Shown: positions 25,971 to 41,215 of the stretch, in pieces | Layout of the letters: each line of letters starts with the position of its first letter | Position numbering within the stretch: the stretch's first letter is position 1 | Assembly (NCBI RefSeq): GCF_022045235.1 | Contig: NW_027266274.1 | Location: 4,092,001-4,156,000 of the forward strand | Direction of reading: 5' to 3' | DNA: 64,000 bases | DNA from: Haliotis cracherodii | Lineage: Eukaryota | The notes under the pieces: generated by a model | What the model was told of the DNA's origin: nothing | Database searches by the model: none | Seen by the model: the letters and a program-made list of their open reading frames with translations, nothing else | Program-made: the position numbers and the translations under genes

Positions 25971-28900
25971 CTTATGAATCTTAGAGAGACACACCAGGAA
26001 ATTGCTTTACGACTATATGTTATACCTGGTCATGTGTTTAGCTATCACCTGGCTGTATGTATCCTATCGTGTGTGTTTCACAGTAAGCTGCACCAGCTGC
26101 TGGCCTGGTCGAACTGGACTGACCAGCTCATACATGCCTTGCAGGGAATGTCACCTTAAATCACAATTATGTCATCTCCTTACAAACTGCTAGGATAATG
26201 CTCCACTTGTTAATGGGCTGATCAGTTGAAATTGAAAGTCAGGTAATGACAACTTATTCTATACTTGTTCTATACTTATAACAGATGGTGCCCAGTAGGC
26301 AACACAAGTAGAACAATTTCTGTAAGTGGTCTGTTGATGTGCAGGTTGGTGTTACACATATCTGACAAGGCTTCAGCTACTGGAGCTATCCCATCTGTCA
26401 AGTCACTGTGACATACACAGACAGATGAATACTAATATCTTGTATTTCCCCAGCCGGTATGTTTGTACAAGTCTATTTCTGATTGGCAGCTGTCCGTCAG
26501 AGGATACCACAATGGAGCAGCAAGCTGCAGCTCTTCACAGCGACACAACAGGTAGGAAGCACTTTTCACTACCTCTTCTTGCACTGCACTAAACAGTTGA
26601 CACTTTCAGGAATGGACAGGTAGAGTCTCATACATCACCAATAACAGAAGTGTATCTCCATGCCACGCACAAGATTCCCTTCACAACGTATCCTGAGTCT
26701 GTGTCGGTACAACTCCAATAAGTATTTATGTATCTCACATCAATATTTCCTCTTCATTTAAACACTTCACATATTTCCCTGCTGTTCCGAGTCCCCTGAA
26801 ATAGAATGGCCATTGTAGACAGATACAGGACAAATCCACCCACCCTGAACCATCCACCTGCAGTCTGTACCTATACCACTAGCACCACAGAGTCTACCAA
26901 GAGCCAGCTAGCATCAGTATTTACTTCTGAGAATTTATGACGTAAGACTCACGATCTGTATGTGAACTGACTAGCCATAAATCTTCTATAATATGTCCTA
27001 AACTGAAATGTACATGCAATCTACAACTATGTGTATATACAGCATGTGTCAATCAATATGAGAACTGAGAAATGTGACCTACATAGCAACAGTAGAAATA
27101 GTAGAACTGAATTGCAAGTCACTTTGTATACAGAATTTGTGTGTGAAAGAAAGCTCCAACAGCAGTAAGTACAAGCTACGTCTGTCTGACACACTTCCCG
27201 GTCTATACACAAGAGGATATACAACAAATCCAAAACGTACATGAAACAAACTGGCTGTGACAACTTGAAATCAACTGTCAGTTCAAACACACACTGAGAA
27301 GATTAACATCTAAGGGGTTAATGCTGAACTTCCTCATTAATCAGATATCTTCACGGACTGTTAGATGTAGAATCTAAACCTGAACTACAAACTAACAAAG
27401 TGATTTTGTTTAATCTTTCTCAAATAATTAACCATTAAAATTAATGTGAAGCTATTCAGACTTGTATCCTTTAGATATTTCTAGTCAAGTCAATAATTAA
27501 ACACACAAAAAACATACAATATTTCATATTTCCAGTCAATATTTTTTACATAAGACTAAAACTGGTCAGAAGTCAAATCTGTGGATCAAATCTCAAAGAT
27601 AACTTCATTTACATTTTATGTTTGAAGAAGGATTTTGTCCAGTTGATTTCAAGAATAATTTCATTGACCATTTCTTTTCACCCCCTAATTGTGTTAGGTA
27701 CTCCCTGCAATCAGTTCTTACCAATTGTCAGTAAAACTCACGTCAAAGTCGTCAATATACCCCTGCTTTCTATATCTCAAACTGTCCATCTATCTATATC
27801 ACCTGGTTGTCTACATCAGTGAGTTACAGATCTAAATCATCTGCTTGTTCAACCCAGTCACTATCTATATTCCATGGTTGCCTATATCACGTAGTTAAAG
27901 GTCTATATCACCCGTGTGTCATGAGTGATGTAACCAAACCACTTGTCAACAGACACGTACATATCACCTTTCACCTGGGGGAAAGGCTGTGGGCATACCA
28001 AGACATGAGCTGACACTACTTGTTTACTCTATAACACAATGCAAACACTGCCGGGAAGGACACAGAATCTACAACCCAATGACAAGTAGCACTATCAAGT
28101 AGCATCAAGTAAGCTAGCATTAACCTCAACAATACCTGAGGACCATGTATTTTGTCAACGACGGTTGACTACTTGAATGAGCACTAAGAAATCAAACCCT
28201 GCATTATTTGAATACAACAAATTTAAGATAAATACAAACAAACTTCTGATCATTGTTTAGACATGACAGTGATATCAAGATGGCCCCAACGAGACAGCCA
28301 AACAAATACAAATATTGTTATGAAATACCATGAATGTACACATACTTCAAATAAACAAGCCTGTTTGAATTTCAAATGTTTGAAAATTTTCAGATCAGAA
28401 AAAGACATGAAAGAAGTAGGAAAGTGCTTGTGACTACCTGAACGACAACCACTTCAATTCTTTGTTACGCCATCTGTTCATACACAGCAAAACACAACAT
28501 CTATCCTCCAAAACTCTCAAAGACTTTACCAAGGCATGTCTTTTTATAAATAGCAGCTGAACTCACTTAATAGTTACAGAAAAAGATTAGCTGTGAATCA
28601 ACACACCATGCGGATGATTTATCCTCTTACTGAAGAAAAGCCTAAGTTCTCCACATCGTATTACATCACAAGATGGCCCGTCCAAGCCACAATCATATTA
28701 CAGGGATACACAATGAGTTATGCCTCTGACAGCCATGCCCCTAACAAACCACACATGACTGCATGTATTGTCAATGCATGGCCACTGAAGCAAAACAATG
28801 CAGCTTGGGCTTTTGTTCAAACACAAATGCTGAAATATTTCCTGAGTGAGAAGTGAAATCAAGCTTAGTTTCTGTGGACTCTCAAATTTCACAAATGAAT

Positions 28901-31900
28901 GGGGTAGTTATTTTGAAAATATCTGAGTCCAGTTTATAGCTCTGCACTTTGCAATAGTCTCCTGCATGTCAGGAATTTGTGTCCCTAGGCTGGTTAGAGT
29001 TACCCCCCTTTGCTCCTTATTGAGTCACTGTGCTCTGGGGGTAAACATGATTGTGCACCCATCCTGAACATGGCCTTAAATAGTAATAACACACTGAATA
29101 ACCTTCTCAGTGGAGTTAGGAATGTGCAGTCGTTACTTACAAGGACATTATCTTATCAAGAGATAATAATTAATAACACAGATTTTTAGTTGCATAATTA
29201 CACATTATACATTCTTTATTCCCAAATAATAGGATTTGTGAATTATGTCTCCATAAATTATAATCAATTTAATGCTTTACTTGAGAAATTTGAAAAATAA
29301 TGTTTTTGTATTCAAATTTGTGTATTCAATAATGATAGTCATGATGAGGACTATTACGAGGCCACTGGAACATAGTTCACCTGTACACAGTATTCAGTCA
29401 ACTTACATGCCCACAAGACCAAAACATATGGAATAAAATTCACCTTGGTGATATCAAGCTGAACAGCCAAAAAGACAACGACAGTGGTGATCAAATCAAT
29501 TAGTCTTAAACAGAGTGTGAGAAATTAAAAACCTGTGCTGAAATCTTTCAGAACACCATATCAAACAATTCCTTGGACTAATCTCGTAACAATTCAAGCA
29601 CCCCCTACACTCACTGCACATAGTCCGGCATTGAATCTAGAGCAGGGCCTCCCCGTCACACAGGCATTCCATGGACACTATATATCATCTCTTCCCAAAT
29701 CCAGCACCACACATCAGCTTGTAGCCAAGCAGGCCTTGTCACACCCCTTCCACCTCTGCCTTGACTATCACATCACCACAAATTCATGTCGCAAACCTTG
29801 GATGGATGACATCTGAAAACTCTGTTTGAAAGTCATCCCTCACTTTAATGAAAAACCTTCGTGCCCATGCTTAGCAGCTATGTCCCCAATCACACAACAA
29901 ATTGTTTGTCGTTTGTCATTTTTATCATCTATTTGTTAAAGGATTTGGAAGTGCTTGAAAAGCTTTCATACCATCCTGGCTGTAGTTTTTAGCCCTGCCT
30001 TAAACTTTGTTCAAATACTTTCATTTATTCAGTCTGAAATATCCCCCTTTTCACAGTTCAGGTCAAAATACATTTCTAAAATTACATCTCAAAAGAATTT
30101 ACATCTATAATTACAAACAGAGAGGATGCAATTGCTTTAAAGAAGTTAAGCATCTACCTTTATGCAGCCGCACCGCCTGAAAGGGGGCGTGGCAGTTGCT
30201 GATATCAGTCACCTGACAATTCTCTGTCCACTCCATTGCAAGTGTTGAGCAGGTGTATTCGCATCTTATCAACATTATTATCAGTGGGTACATTGTACAT
30301 TGTGCACTGATTAATTGTCAGGCTCTACGGTGAACAGAGATAAAAAATAATATTAAAGGATTCAAGAACAACACATACATATTTCTTTTCAGCATTTTCT
30401 GAGAAAACAAATCCCTTTTGATCCTCATATAACAACTGTATGTTTGATTTCCAAAACATCTATATATTTTATGATGTGCTTAAGTAATGTGTTTAAAATT
30501 GATCTTTGGACAGATAAAACCCCAGGAACAGGGTAACAATCACACTCACATTACCAGAAAACAGGACAACAAAGCTGAAGCATTTGATACATGACAGACG
30601 TCCAAACTTTTGCACAAAAAATTTGAAGGTAATTAATCCGCTGATGAAGGAAATAATAGACTATTTCCAAGTCTAGACACTGTCTCTGACTTCTGATGAT
30701 TTCCCGAATAAATTGAAGCCAAAATCATCAGAATACAAATTCCAAATTAATCTGTGCAAACATGTCTGTTGTTCACTAGGAGCCAATCAGCCAAGCTTGT
30801 GCATCATGTTCTTTGTTCCATTGTGTGTGACTGCTTTGTTGAGTCTGGCATCAGCCAGGGGGTGTGCTCTCAGAGGTAATTGAAAATGATGTAATTTATG
30901 ATCTCACTTCCACGCACTGTCATTAAGTTTCATATTTTGTTCAGGTCATCTTAACTTTTTGAATAAAGCCTGGCTAATTATTTTGGTGACAGAAAAGGAA
31001 GGCCCCCAAAAGAAACAAAACCATGCTTTACCTTTGCAGCCATAGGTATAACTACTGTAAATCATGAAATTAATGTGAAAAATGTGAGTGACCCTTGTTT
31101 ACGTTAATAAAGGGATGCATTTTTTCTGGACATATTGGAGTATATTGTCATGTCAGGTTTTATAAACAATGTAGATTTAGTGCGTCTGACCAAGTTCTGT
31201 GTTAAGTGTGGTTTATACAAGCTGATCAAACAGTTGTGACAGTGGCAAACATTGTATGATGCAGTCCTTGCTCTTGGTAACCTTGTAAAGTAGCCTCTCT
31301 AATTACAAGCAAAATACTGCAAAACACATGGTGTAAATGTCCAGCACAGCAATCGTGGTGAATACAAACCACTGCTTATTAACATTCAAAGGATTAAGCC
31401 AACTCCTGAAACAACATTTTGGACCTTGCACTTACTCTGGAGTAGTTTATCATTTCCTTTAATTGAAGTGTTCTGGCAGCGACAACATTTATTGAGAATC
31501 AGGTGGTCATGATCTGTGCCATTGTACGCTGATGGCATGGCTTGCTGCTCATGACTTCAACCATTGGTTTATCTGGTGCAGACTGGTGTGATATATTTGT
31601 AATAATGCTGACTGTGCAACATTTAGTCACTCACTCTTCCAATGAGGATCACACATGTACCACACCCCCTGCCATTACGTGACCAAGCACCTGCAGCAGT
31701 TACAGCTTGGTTACAGCATGGTTACAGAGCATACTGGCATCTCCCGTAGGGTCCAATCTGACAGTATGATTCATTACACTACATTTGGATGCCATCTTAT
31801 ATCAAATCAGCAATCTGTAGTAACTTTTAGCACACTGCCACAGTTGATGTCCAGACATGAAATTTTGGAATCCAGATTAACACAACTATCAGAGTGATTT

Positions 31901-33120
31901 ATCCCCCTTGGCTACTACTTGGAAGTCATTCAAACTCACAAAGTCCCTTGGTCTAGGTCCAGCAAACAGGAAGCTAAACTGGTCTAAGGCGCATCTCACA
32001 GCAACTAACCAACAACAGTCGGTCAGTCCTTGCAATAAGGTATCTATGCACTACGCCTGTCACACATCTCACACTGTAATGTAGACTTATGGTAGTTGTG
32101 TACACTTGTGTTTCACATCACTAACCCAGTAGGGAAACAAGCCATGTCCCTTCATGACTACTTGACAGATTGATGAACAATCATCCCACCATCTCAAATA
32201 GTGCTGGGTGAGTGTCATGGTGCAGTGCTACCATATACTCACTTGTCTCCCCTGATCAATGTTGAGTAGTCCTGAGTGTCTACAGCAGCTTGTGATGGAA
32301 CCCCTCTACTCTCCTGCAGACATCAATGGACAAGGTGCTCCAAATTAATTATCCCCTTGCCTTCTGTGGGTGTGTGGTGATCGACACACACTGGTAGCAG
32401 CCTGGTGCAGCTAGCATGACCAATCAATGGAAGTCAGTGATCAGAATCTCTTCACCACCTACTTCTTCACTGTGATCCGGGTTCCCATACTTGACCCAGG
32501 GCTCTAGGAGTGAATGCTGGCATGTCCAACTATTTCAGAGGACTGCATTATTCAATCTATTTCACAGCAGCCTGGGGATAATCACGTCTGGACCAGGCAA
32601 ACCAGTGGTTGAAAGTATGAGCAATGATTCCTGCCGTTAAGGCACAATGACACTGGAATGTTTAGGTCACACCTTGTACTAGATCCCCCTGAGTGGACAC
32701 GAGACCTTCTCTACAGGGAGGGATCATGCCAGGAACTTCTAACTTTCATTTGATATATTTTGCCAAGCAATATATTAACTTTAATAACAAAGTATTTATT
32801 ACTAATGTACCTGTTTTGAATTCATTACAACCAGTGACACTGGCAAATACAACCAGGCCGTCAAAAGGCTGATTCCATATCAATCCAAGATGCCTGCAGC
32901 CTTGAGCATCAATCCCATCCACAAAAATATGGTATTGAAGACACTGACTGGGGATTCTCCAGCCCACTTGTTGAAAGCTGCCCACTGTCCACTGCTAATC
33001 CTTCAACCTGACCACTGTCTACTGGTCAATATGAATCAATATCACACCTGTCTGCAAGTGACATCTCAGTCCTGGCATCGTGCCAGTGTCCAGCCCTACA
33101 ACACTTGGCTGGTCAGTGTG

Positions 33121-34800
33121 AGATGACCTGGGGCCACATCACTGGCAGATACAGTCGTAACAAGCACACCAGTGATCCTGTCTGAGATGCTGGACCACAG
33201 TATACAGTACCCTACACGAAGATGACCTGGGGCCACATCACTGGCAGATACAGTCGTAACAAGCACACCAGTGATCCTGTCTGAGATGCTGGACCACAGT
33301 ATACAGTACCCTACACGAAGATGACCTGGGGCCACATCACGGGCAGATACAGTCGTAACAAGCACACCAGTGATCCTGTCTGAGATGCTGGACCACAGTA
33401 TACAGTACCCTACACGAAGATGACCTGGGGCCACATCACTGGCAGATACAGTCGTAACAAGCACACCAGTGATCCTGTCTGAGATGCTGGACCACAGTAT
33501 ACAGTACCCTACACGAAGATGACCTGGGGCCACATCACTGGCAGATACAGTCGTAACAAGCACACCAGTGATCCTGTCTGAGATGCTGGACCACAGTATA
33601 CAGTACCCTACACGAAGATGACCTGGGGCCACATCACGGGCAGATACAGTCGTAACAAGCACACCAGTGATCCTGTCTGAGATGCTGGACCACAGTATAC
33701 AGTACCCTACACGAAGATGACCTGGGGCCACATCACTGGCAGATACAGTCGTAACAAGCACACCAGTGATCCTGTCTGAGATGCTGGACCACAGTATACA
33801 GTACCCTACACGAAGATGACCTGGGGCCACATCACGGGCAGATACAGTCGTAACAAGCACACCAGTGATCCTGTCTGAGATGCTGGACCACAGTATACAG
33901 TACCCTACACGAAGATGACCTGGGGCCACATCACTGGCAGATACAGTCGTAACAAGCACACCAGTGATCCTGTCTGAGATGCTGGACCACAGTATACAGT
34001 ACCCTACACGAAGATGACCTGGGGCCACATCACTGGCAGATACAGTCGTAACAAGCACACCAGTGATCCTGTCTGAGATGCTGGACCACAGTATACAGTA
34101 CCCTACACGAAGATGACCTGGGGCCACATCACTGGCAGATACAGTCGTAACAAGCACACCAGTGATCCTGTCTGAGATGCTGGACCACAGTATACAGTAC
34201 CCTACACGAAGATGACCTGGGGCCACATCACTGGCAGATACAGTCGTAACAACACACCAGTGATCCTGTCTGAGATGCTGGACCACAGTATACAGTACCC
34301 TACACGAAGATGACCTGGGGCCACATCACTGGCAGATACAGTCGTGACAAGCACACCAGTGATCCTGTCTGAGATGCTGGACCACAGTATACAGTACCCT
34401 ACACGAAGATGACCTGGGGCCACATCACGGGCAGATACAGTCGTGACAAGTACACCAGTGATCCTGTCTGAGATGCTGGACCACAGTATACAGTACCCTA
34501 CACGAAGATGACCTGGGGCCACATCACGGGCAGATACAGTCGTGACAAGTACACCAGTGATCCTGTCTGAGATGCTGGACCACAGTATACAGTACCCTAC
34601 ACGAAGATGACCTGGGGCCACATCACGGGCAGATACAGTCGTAACAAGCACACCAGTGATCCTGTCTGAGATGCTGGACCACAGTATACAGTACCCTACA
34701 CGAAGATGACCTGGGGCCACATCACTGGCAGATACAGTCGTAACAACACACCAGTGATCCTGTCTGAGATGCTGGACTACAGTGTACAGTACCCTACAAG
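33121..34800. repeat. 99-bp tandem repeat, about 17 highly homogeneous copies
   Basis: Unit AGATGACCTGGGGCCACATC...CCCTACACGA; two units carry a 1-bp deletion (about 34250 and 34745). Confidence 0.95.
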
Positions 34801-36749
34801 AATACACAACTCACAGCACATGCAGCTGCCATGCATGTCAACAGTGTACAGTAACAGCTATTCTGTATTCTGTCACAATGAATTAAATTATCATGACAAT
34901 CTCAAAATTTCCTTTCATCAAATTTGACTGTGACTCATTTTCAACACAATGGCATCAATCTTTACAATCACTGTGCAAAGAGTAGGAAAGAGCTCTTTAA
35001 TCTTGAAGCAATAATATTATCATGCTCAAATATGATTGATATAAATATGCAATGTGATTGTCATTCATCACTTGAGCGACAACTAAATCCACAATAACGA
35101 GCTCAGTCTCATGTACTTTCACTGCCACCACCCCATCTCTGCTGCCTAGCAACCACCCACTCTGGGCGAGGTAGTTTATCTCCTGTTTACACAATGCCGT
35201 AGATAAACAAAGCCCTAATCCCATAAAAAACTCAGGACAATAATAAGTTGATGTGACTACTGTTGGTGACTACTGAATGTGGTGATCAGGGAATTCAATA
35301 ATGAAACAGTAATTATTGACTTCATGGGCCACACAATACGATCTATAGTGGTACTGCCAGTTACTGCCTGATGTGCAACTGGACATCAATAATGAAACAA
35401 TGGCAGAATAACACCTTGATTCACAAGTCACCGGTACCTTGGGACACCTGATGAAGTAGGTCAAGGTCGTAGGTCAGTACAGGTCACTAGTCTGATGACA
35501 CTTTTTATACCTCCATGGTTCTGTAGAACCCATAACATCACATCACCTTATTTGTGCTAGCTTGTCAATATCATAATGGAAGTTATATGGAATCCTTGCT
35601 TGTTGTATAGTACCACCAGCGGGGGATGCACTAATCTGCAGGAGACCATCAAACCCAATCACATCCAAAGCTTCCATAAACACATAGGGAGTCACTCCTT
35701 GGGGAACAGAATTGATTACAACAGTGTATTAATTATATCTGACTATTCACTGTATAAAAGACTTTGTTATGAAAGGAGCTGTCACTTAAAGCTAAAACTG
35801 GTTATCGCAAGTTACCATCTTAACACTGATATATATGCATAACGAAGATACATAATTTGGATTTCGAGGGGTGTGCAGGACCAAGTTCACAAAGTGAACA
35901 CAAACATGATAAGACTGTGACATGGGTTCCAATATAAGGTGTCTGCTACAAGAGACGGTCCACACCCTGTACCCCTGCATCCCCCATCCCCATCCACAGC
36001 AACCCCACAAACTGTTGATGAACCACACAATGAATTGAATGAATTGAACCACCTTCAATGAATTGTATAACCCTTAATCTCCACAACAACTATCATTGTT
36101 GTACTCCCATACTTAGATATTCCAAATACTTCCGAATACGTCTGGGCTCGAGCACATGGAAACTGAACAACCAGTATCACTCTTCATAGACTGCCTACCT
36201 GTATAGAAACACCACTGACATGTCAACAGTATACAGGTGTGGAAACATCCCACTCCTCACCTGCTTCCTCACAATCAGGTTATCTCCCCTACAGTAGAAT
36301 GTAGCCCTCCATAGGTTACAGCAACAGACGCAACCATCTTAAACCTTTACATCGGAATCCTGACTCTTTCTCTCACGCAACAGCCAAATGAGGTCTCATT
36401 TGATCAATTTAGTTCTGTGTAAGTGTTACAGTACTTTCTCACCAAACAGGTAGTATTGGGTGAGCCAGCCTAAGCCAACACCGGCTGCATGTGTCAATAT
36501 GAGCAGCATTGATCCCATGGAATGTATCGTTGCCAATATGGCCACCTCCAGCCATCAAGCAGGTCTGCCTGTGTGCAGGATAGGGAGGGGCAACACGCTG
36601 TCCATGTCACTGACCCAAGTAGGTATCTCCGACCAGAAGGCACCTTGACCATGGTCATTAGTACCCCCTGGTCAACTATGGCTGACTTGGTAAATATCAA
36701 AAGAAGTGCCATAAAATCTTCAGTTTCACCAGTTCATGAAACATGAATA

Positions 36750-36860
36750 TACGCCGTATATGACCAGATAAGCCGACCCCAAAGATAAGCCGAGGTGTTA
36801 ACTTGACCATTGAAATACGAAAGAAAATGATATGACCCGCAGATAAGCCGAACCAGGAAG
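36750..36860. mobile_element. Possible pogo/Tigger-like transposon end fragment
   Basis: TACGCCGTATA start followed by three GATAAGCCGA motifs; no partner TIR found. Confidence 0.35.
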
Positions 36861-38375
36861 TGAAAGGCAAAAAACACTGCGAAGTGGGACTGCAAGACAT
36901 GTGCCGGTACTCGCAGATATTCAAAAATATAAGATGAAAAACGTTGTAATTATATTATTCATGTTAAGCGTATTCTGATACCTTTTTATTAAAATAAGTA
37001 GTGTTTGAAATTAAGAATCAAAGTAAATGGGTCCTTGTCCAAACCATTATACTTAAAATAAAAGATTCCAAGTCTCCCCAGATTAAAGTTTAGCCCCTAA
37101 AGCGTCCACAAATTATGAAGTCTCTAAGAAATAGTAGTTGTTTCTTCTTTTTTCATTTTTCATATTTTGGAGAATCATCCAGTTATTGAAGGTTTTGGTT
37201 TGTCAGTGTAAACACAATATATCCCCATCCTAACATCCCACGATACATACACAGCATTTTTATATATCCATCTTTCTTAAAAGACCTGTATCTGTCGAGG
37301 CCATGAGTTGATATAGGAAATACATAACATGTATAAGATACTTCATATGTACAATGTTATTAAACATATTATTGATCTATGCTTGATGTACATCATGATC
37401 ATGCATTATTGATGCAGGCCTACTTCAGAATTCCATGTTGTCGGAGCAATATGACCCTAGGTCCACAGATACAATATTGATGAGCTACATGACACTGGCT
37501 CTCTTCACAATACTGACCTGGGCTCTCCCCTGTGACCCCCCTGTGTCCCCCCCCCCCCCCCCCCCCCGTGACCAGACCAAACTAATTTGCCTGTTATTAA
37601 AACAATACAGGAAGGGAAATAACCATGTCAATTATATTTTATCTCAAAATTTAAAGTTCTGTTGACATCTTGCCAGCAAAGGATATCATTCTTACCCCAA
37701 AAGGAAATTATGGTAGTAGGGAAAGTTACGACAGTTAATACATTCTTATTTTGTCCTCCTGCCTTCAAGTATCTGCGGGATATATATCTATAAAACAAGT
37801 AATTAAATTGATCTGGTCTTGGAAGGAAAATAACATTTTTTCAAAAATTGAACAATATCACAGTAGCATAATGCCATACAGATGAAGTACACAACGAACG
37901 TAAGTTGACACAATACATCCGTGCTGGTCACTCTCTGTGAAGAGCATCAGTGGTGCAGCATTACTACCATCTGTATCCCCTGTGACACGTCTTCCTGGAC
38001 GGAGGAAAGCTACTGACCATATCTGGTGCTGCAGAGGATGGTGAACCCTCGGGGACATGCACCTGAATCAGTATCCATCACACTGTCAATAATGATTGAT
38101 GGGTTTTTTCACATCTGTGACAGATCTAATGTTTTCCCACAAAACAAATCAGGGCGTCACTCAGAGGTTTTTGACAGAGTGACTTTGGACTTTTTTCAGC
38201 ATGATAGGTAGTAAGGATAAACAAACAAACTTACTAAGGCTTGTTCACAAACACAGAAACATTGAAAGAATCATGTATAAAATGATATAAACAGATACAT
38301 TGAAATACTGTCTGAAATAGAAAGTATTACCAACATCATCATGATGTGAAATACCTGGTAGAAACAAGTACACTG

Positions 38376-38376
38376 T

Positions 38377-38419
<43 letters not shown>

Positions 38420-38420
38420 C
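38376..38420. repeat. (TCA)n microsatellite
   Basis: About 14 TCA units. Confidence 0.95.
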
Positions 38421-39172
38421 CTTTTTTACCTGATACAAACAAGAAGTTGCTTAAAACAGAAAACAGGCTAAATGTACTGACAATTTCAATCAAGCAAAGG
38501 CATAACTTCATGAATCATGCTCAATTTGACAGCATGTCCATATCAATCATATTTAGTTCCAGTAGTATTACCTCAATACCAATCAGTTCTTATATCATTG
38601 GTAGAAACACAAACTAATAATTTTCACACTGACCACCAACACTAAGCATTCCATGCATGCAGTAGTTTAGCATGAGACTGAAATTCTGACAGATCCTGTG
38701 GAGACATCCTTGACCTCAGAAACCTCTGTCTAAATTGTCCTTGGTCATAGGTCATCCATTCAGTGTGTAGATGATGACCAAATTTTGTACCAAACCCCAG
38801 TTCTCCATCCACCTTCAATACTGCAAGTGTCTCTATAATGCTTCTCTTATTCTGATCTCTCACTCTCAGATGGAGATCACACACAATTAAGTTTCTTGGC
38901 TCAAAATGATCAATTTCTTGTTGGTAGATGGTCTTGGACCAAGTTCAACAAGGTACCAAACCTGTGATTCTGAGAATATTGTAGAACTGTTAAAGTAACA
39001 AGAAGACATTGATGAAGTTTTTCTCACACATGCAGGTATTGAAGATACATGAGTGAGAAAATAGAAGTGCAGACGCTCGTCTCTACATTTCTATTTGTGT
39101 TCATTGTAAAGACTCCAAACAACCACTGAGAATAGATCATAAAGAAATAGCGTGTAAAACCAAATATCTTAC

Positions 39173-40261
39173 CTCCTGTTTTGGTTCTGGTTCTGGGGAT
39201 GGTTCCCGTACTGGTTCTGGAGTAGGTTCCCGGACTGGTTCTGGGGATGGTTCCCGAACTGGTTCTGGAGTAGGTTCCCGGACTGGTTCTGGGGTAGGTT
39301 CCCGAACTGGTTCTGGAGTAGGTTCCCGGACTGGTTCTGGGGATGGTTCCTGAACTGGTTCTGGAGTAGGTTCCCGGATTGGTTCTGGGGTGGGTTCCCG
39401 GATTGGTTCCGGGGAAGGTTCTCTGACAAGCTCCGGGGAAGGTTCTCTCATAAGCTCTGGGGAAGGTTCTCTCATGATATCTGGAGAAACTTCTCTGACA
39501 GGTTCAGGGGAGGGTTCCCTTGGTGCCTCTTCAGTAAATGATTCCTGTGGCACAATCACATCTGCAACAATTTGCGTATTTTCATAATCATCCATTAAAT
39601 TATCCATTTGGTCACTTGGACGATTCATCTCCTCATATGCTTGGTCATCTTGAGTTACCTCCCCTTGTTGTTTCTGCTCATCCTGAATGATCTCCCTTGA
39701 TTCAAACTCATCAATCACTTCGCGTGGAGTGTCAGTCAGAATCAACTCTTCCTGTTGTGAAGTACTGTTGGTCACATCAATGTAGTGCTGATCGCTGGTC
39801 GTGCTGGTTTCAATGAGGAAATCCTCGCCACCAACATCCTGTAAAGTGGCAGTTCCAGTGACCTGCTCGTCGTAGCCACTATTTCCATTGGACATCAAGT
39901 CGTACAGGGGATTTGAGCTTGCTGATTCTGATGTAGTGATGGTAGTCTCCACTTGGAGGTCACCATTATTAGAGAGTTCGTACAATGGGTTTGAGGGAGC
40001 AGATTCCTCATCAGCGTTTTCAAACTGCTGACTGGAAGACTTGACCACTGTTGTTTCTGTGGTTTGACTCTCGAACTCATACAGCGGGTTTGATGCAGGT
40101 TCCCCAGCGGTTAAGTCATACAGGGGGTTTGATGACGACATGTTGTCTGAAGTATCTGCTACGTCTGTGGAAGATTCTATGGCTGTGTCATTAGAGGTAC
40201 TCACTTCAAAAGACAGCTCGAAAGGTTCCGATGTACCATTCTGTTTGGTCCCGTTTGAAAT
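39173..40261 (-). CDS. Internal coding exon B (363 aa): acidic Ser/Thr/Glu-rich disordered region with 4 NPLY motifs and about 14 REP(S/T)PEPV repeats
   Basis: Acceptor taatttcag|ATT at 40261 and donor CAGGAG|GTAAGA after 39173. The 1089 nt are open, phase 0 to 0, and extend ORF 39137..40204 by 19 codons. Confidence 0.82.
39180..39525 (-). repeat. Coding 24-bp repeat, about 14 copies (REP[S/T]PEPV)
   Basis: Within exon B; units diverge at synonymous positions. Confidence 0.9.
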
Positions 40262-40707
40262 CTGAAATTACAAGCAACATTTTAGAGATCACTCTTTAAA
40301 AATCATGACAACCGACCAAAATAGCTTGAAGACTATTCAGAATACAAAAGTCCTACTTGTCTGCTTGCCCAGGAGAAGCCTGGCCATCATGTTTGATATT
40401 GATCACACACCAAGAGGTATTACAATCACCCTTTTCACTACAGTAAACATTCTAGAACACATTATATGTGCAATATTCCTGAATGACGTTGAAGTAATAT
40501 TTTCATAACTGACAGCAGTGGACATACAACTACAACAGCCTTACATTAATAACCAAGAAACTGAAGTCAATATTAAAATACAAGTCACTATTTATAATCC
40601 AAACTAAACTTGTCATCAACTTGTGACTGTGCCAAAGGGCACCATGCATGGTGTGACTTGTATGTCTTTCTGGGTAGGCGCCAATAAAACACTCAGTCAT
40701 AAGGAAA

Positions 40708-41215
40708 TGACATTTTGTAAGGCACCAGGAGTCACGAGACATTTTGTAAGGCACCAGGAGTCATGAGACATTTTGTAAGGCACCAGGACTACAAGACATT
40801 TTGTAAGGCACCGGGACTACAAGACATTTTGTAAGGCACCAGGAGTCACAAGACATGATGTAAGGCACCAGGAGTCACGAGACATTTTGTAAGGCACCAG
40901 GAGTCACAAGACATTTTGTAAGGCACCAGGACTACAAGACATTTTGTAAGGCACCAGGAGTCACAAGACATTTTGTAAGGCACCAGGAGTCATGAGACAT
41001 TTTGTAAGACACCAGGAGTCATGAGACATTTTGTAAGACACCAGGACTACGAGACATTTTGTAAGGCACCAGGAGTCATGAGACATTTTGTAAGGCACCA
41101 GGAGTCATGAGACATTTTGTAAGACACCAGGTCTACGAGACATTTTGTAAAACACCAGGACTACGTGACATTTTGTAAGGCACCAGGAGTCACGAGATAT
41201 TTTCTAAGGCACCAG
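40708..41215. repeat. 28/29-bp minisatellite, about 17 copies
   Basis: Unit GACATTTTGTAAGGCACCAGGAGTCACGA with a GGACTAC variant. Confidence 0.95.

Noticed and set aside
33096-34807. 396-aa and 201-aa ORFs in the 99-bp array, or the array as a retrozyme
   Set aside because: 1-bp deletions break the frame, there are no good splice or start signals, and no CUGANGA/GAAA core was found on either strand.
38245-38511. ORF with a hydrophobic N-terminus and poly-Asp, resembling a shell-matrix protein
   Set aside because: The poly-Asp comes from a pure (GAT)n microsatellite with no synonymous variation, and the flanks are AT-rich and intron-like.
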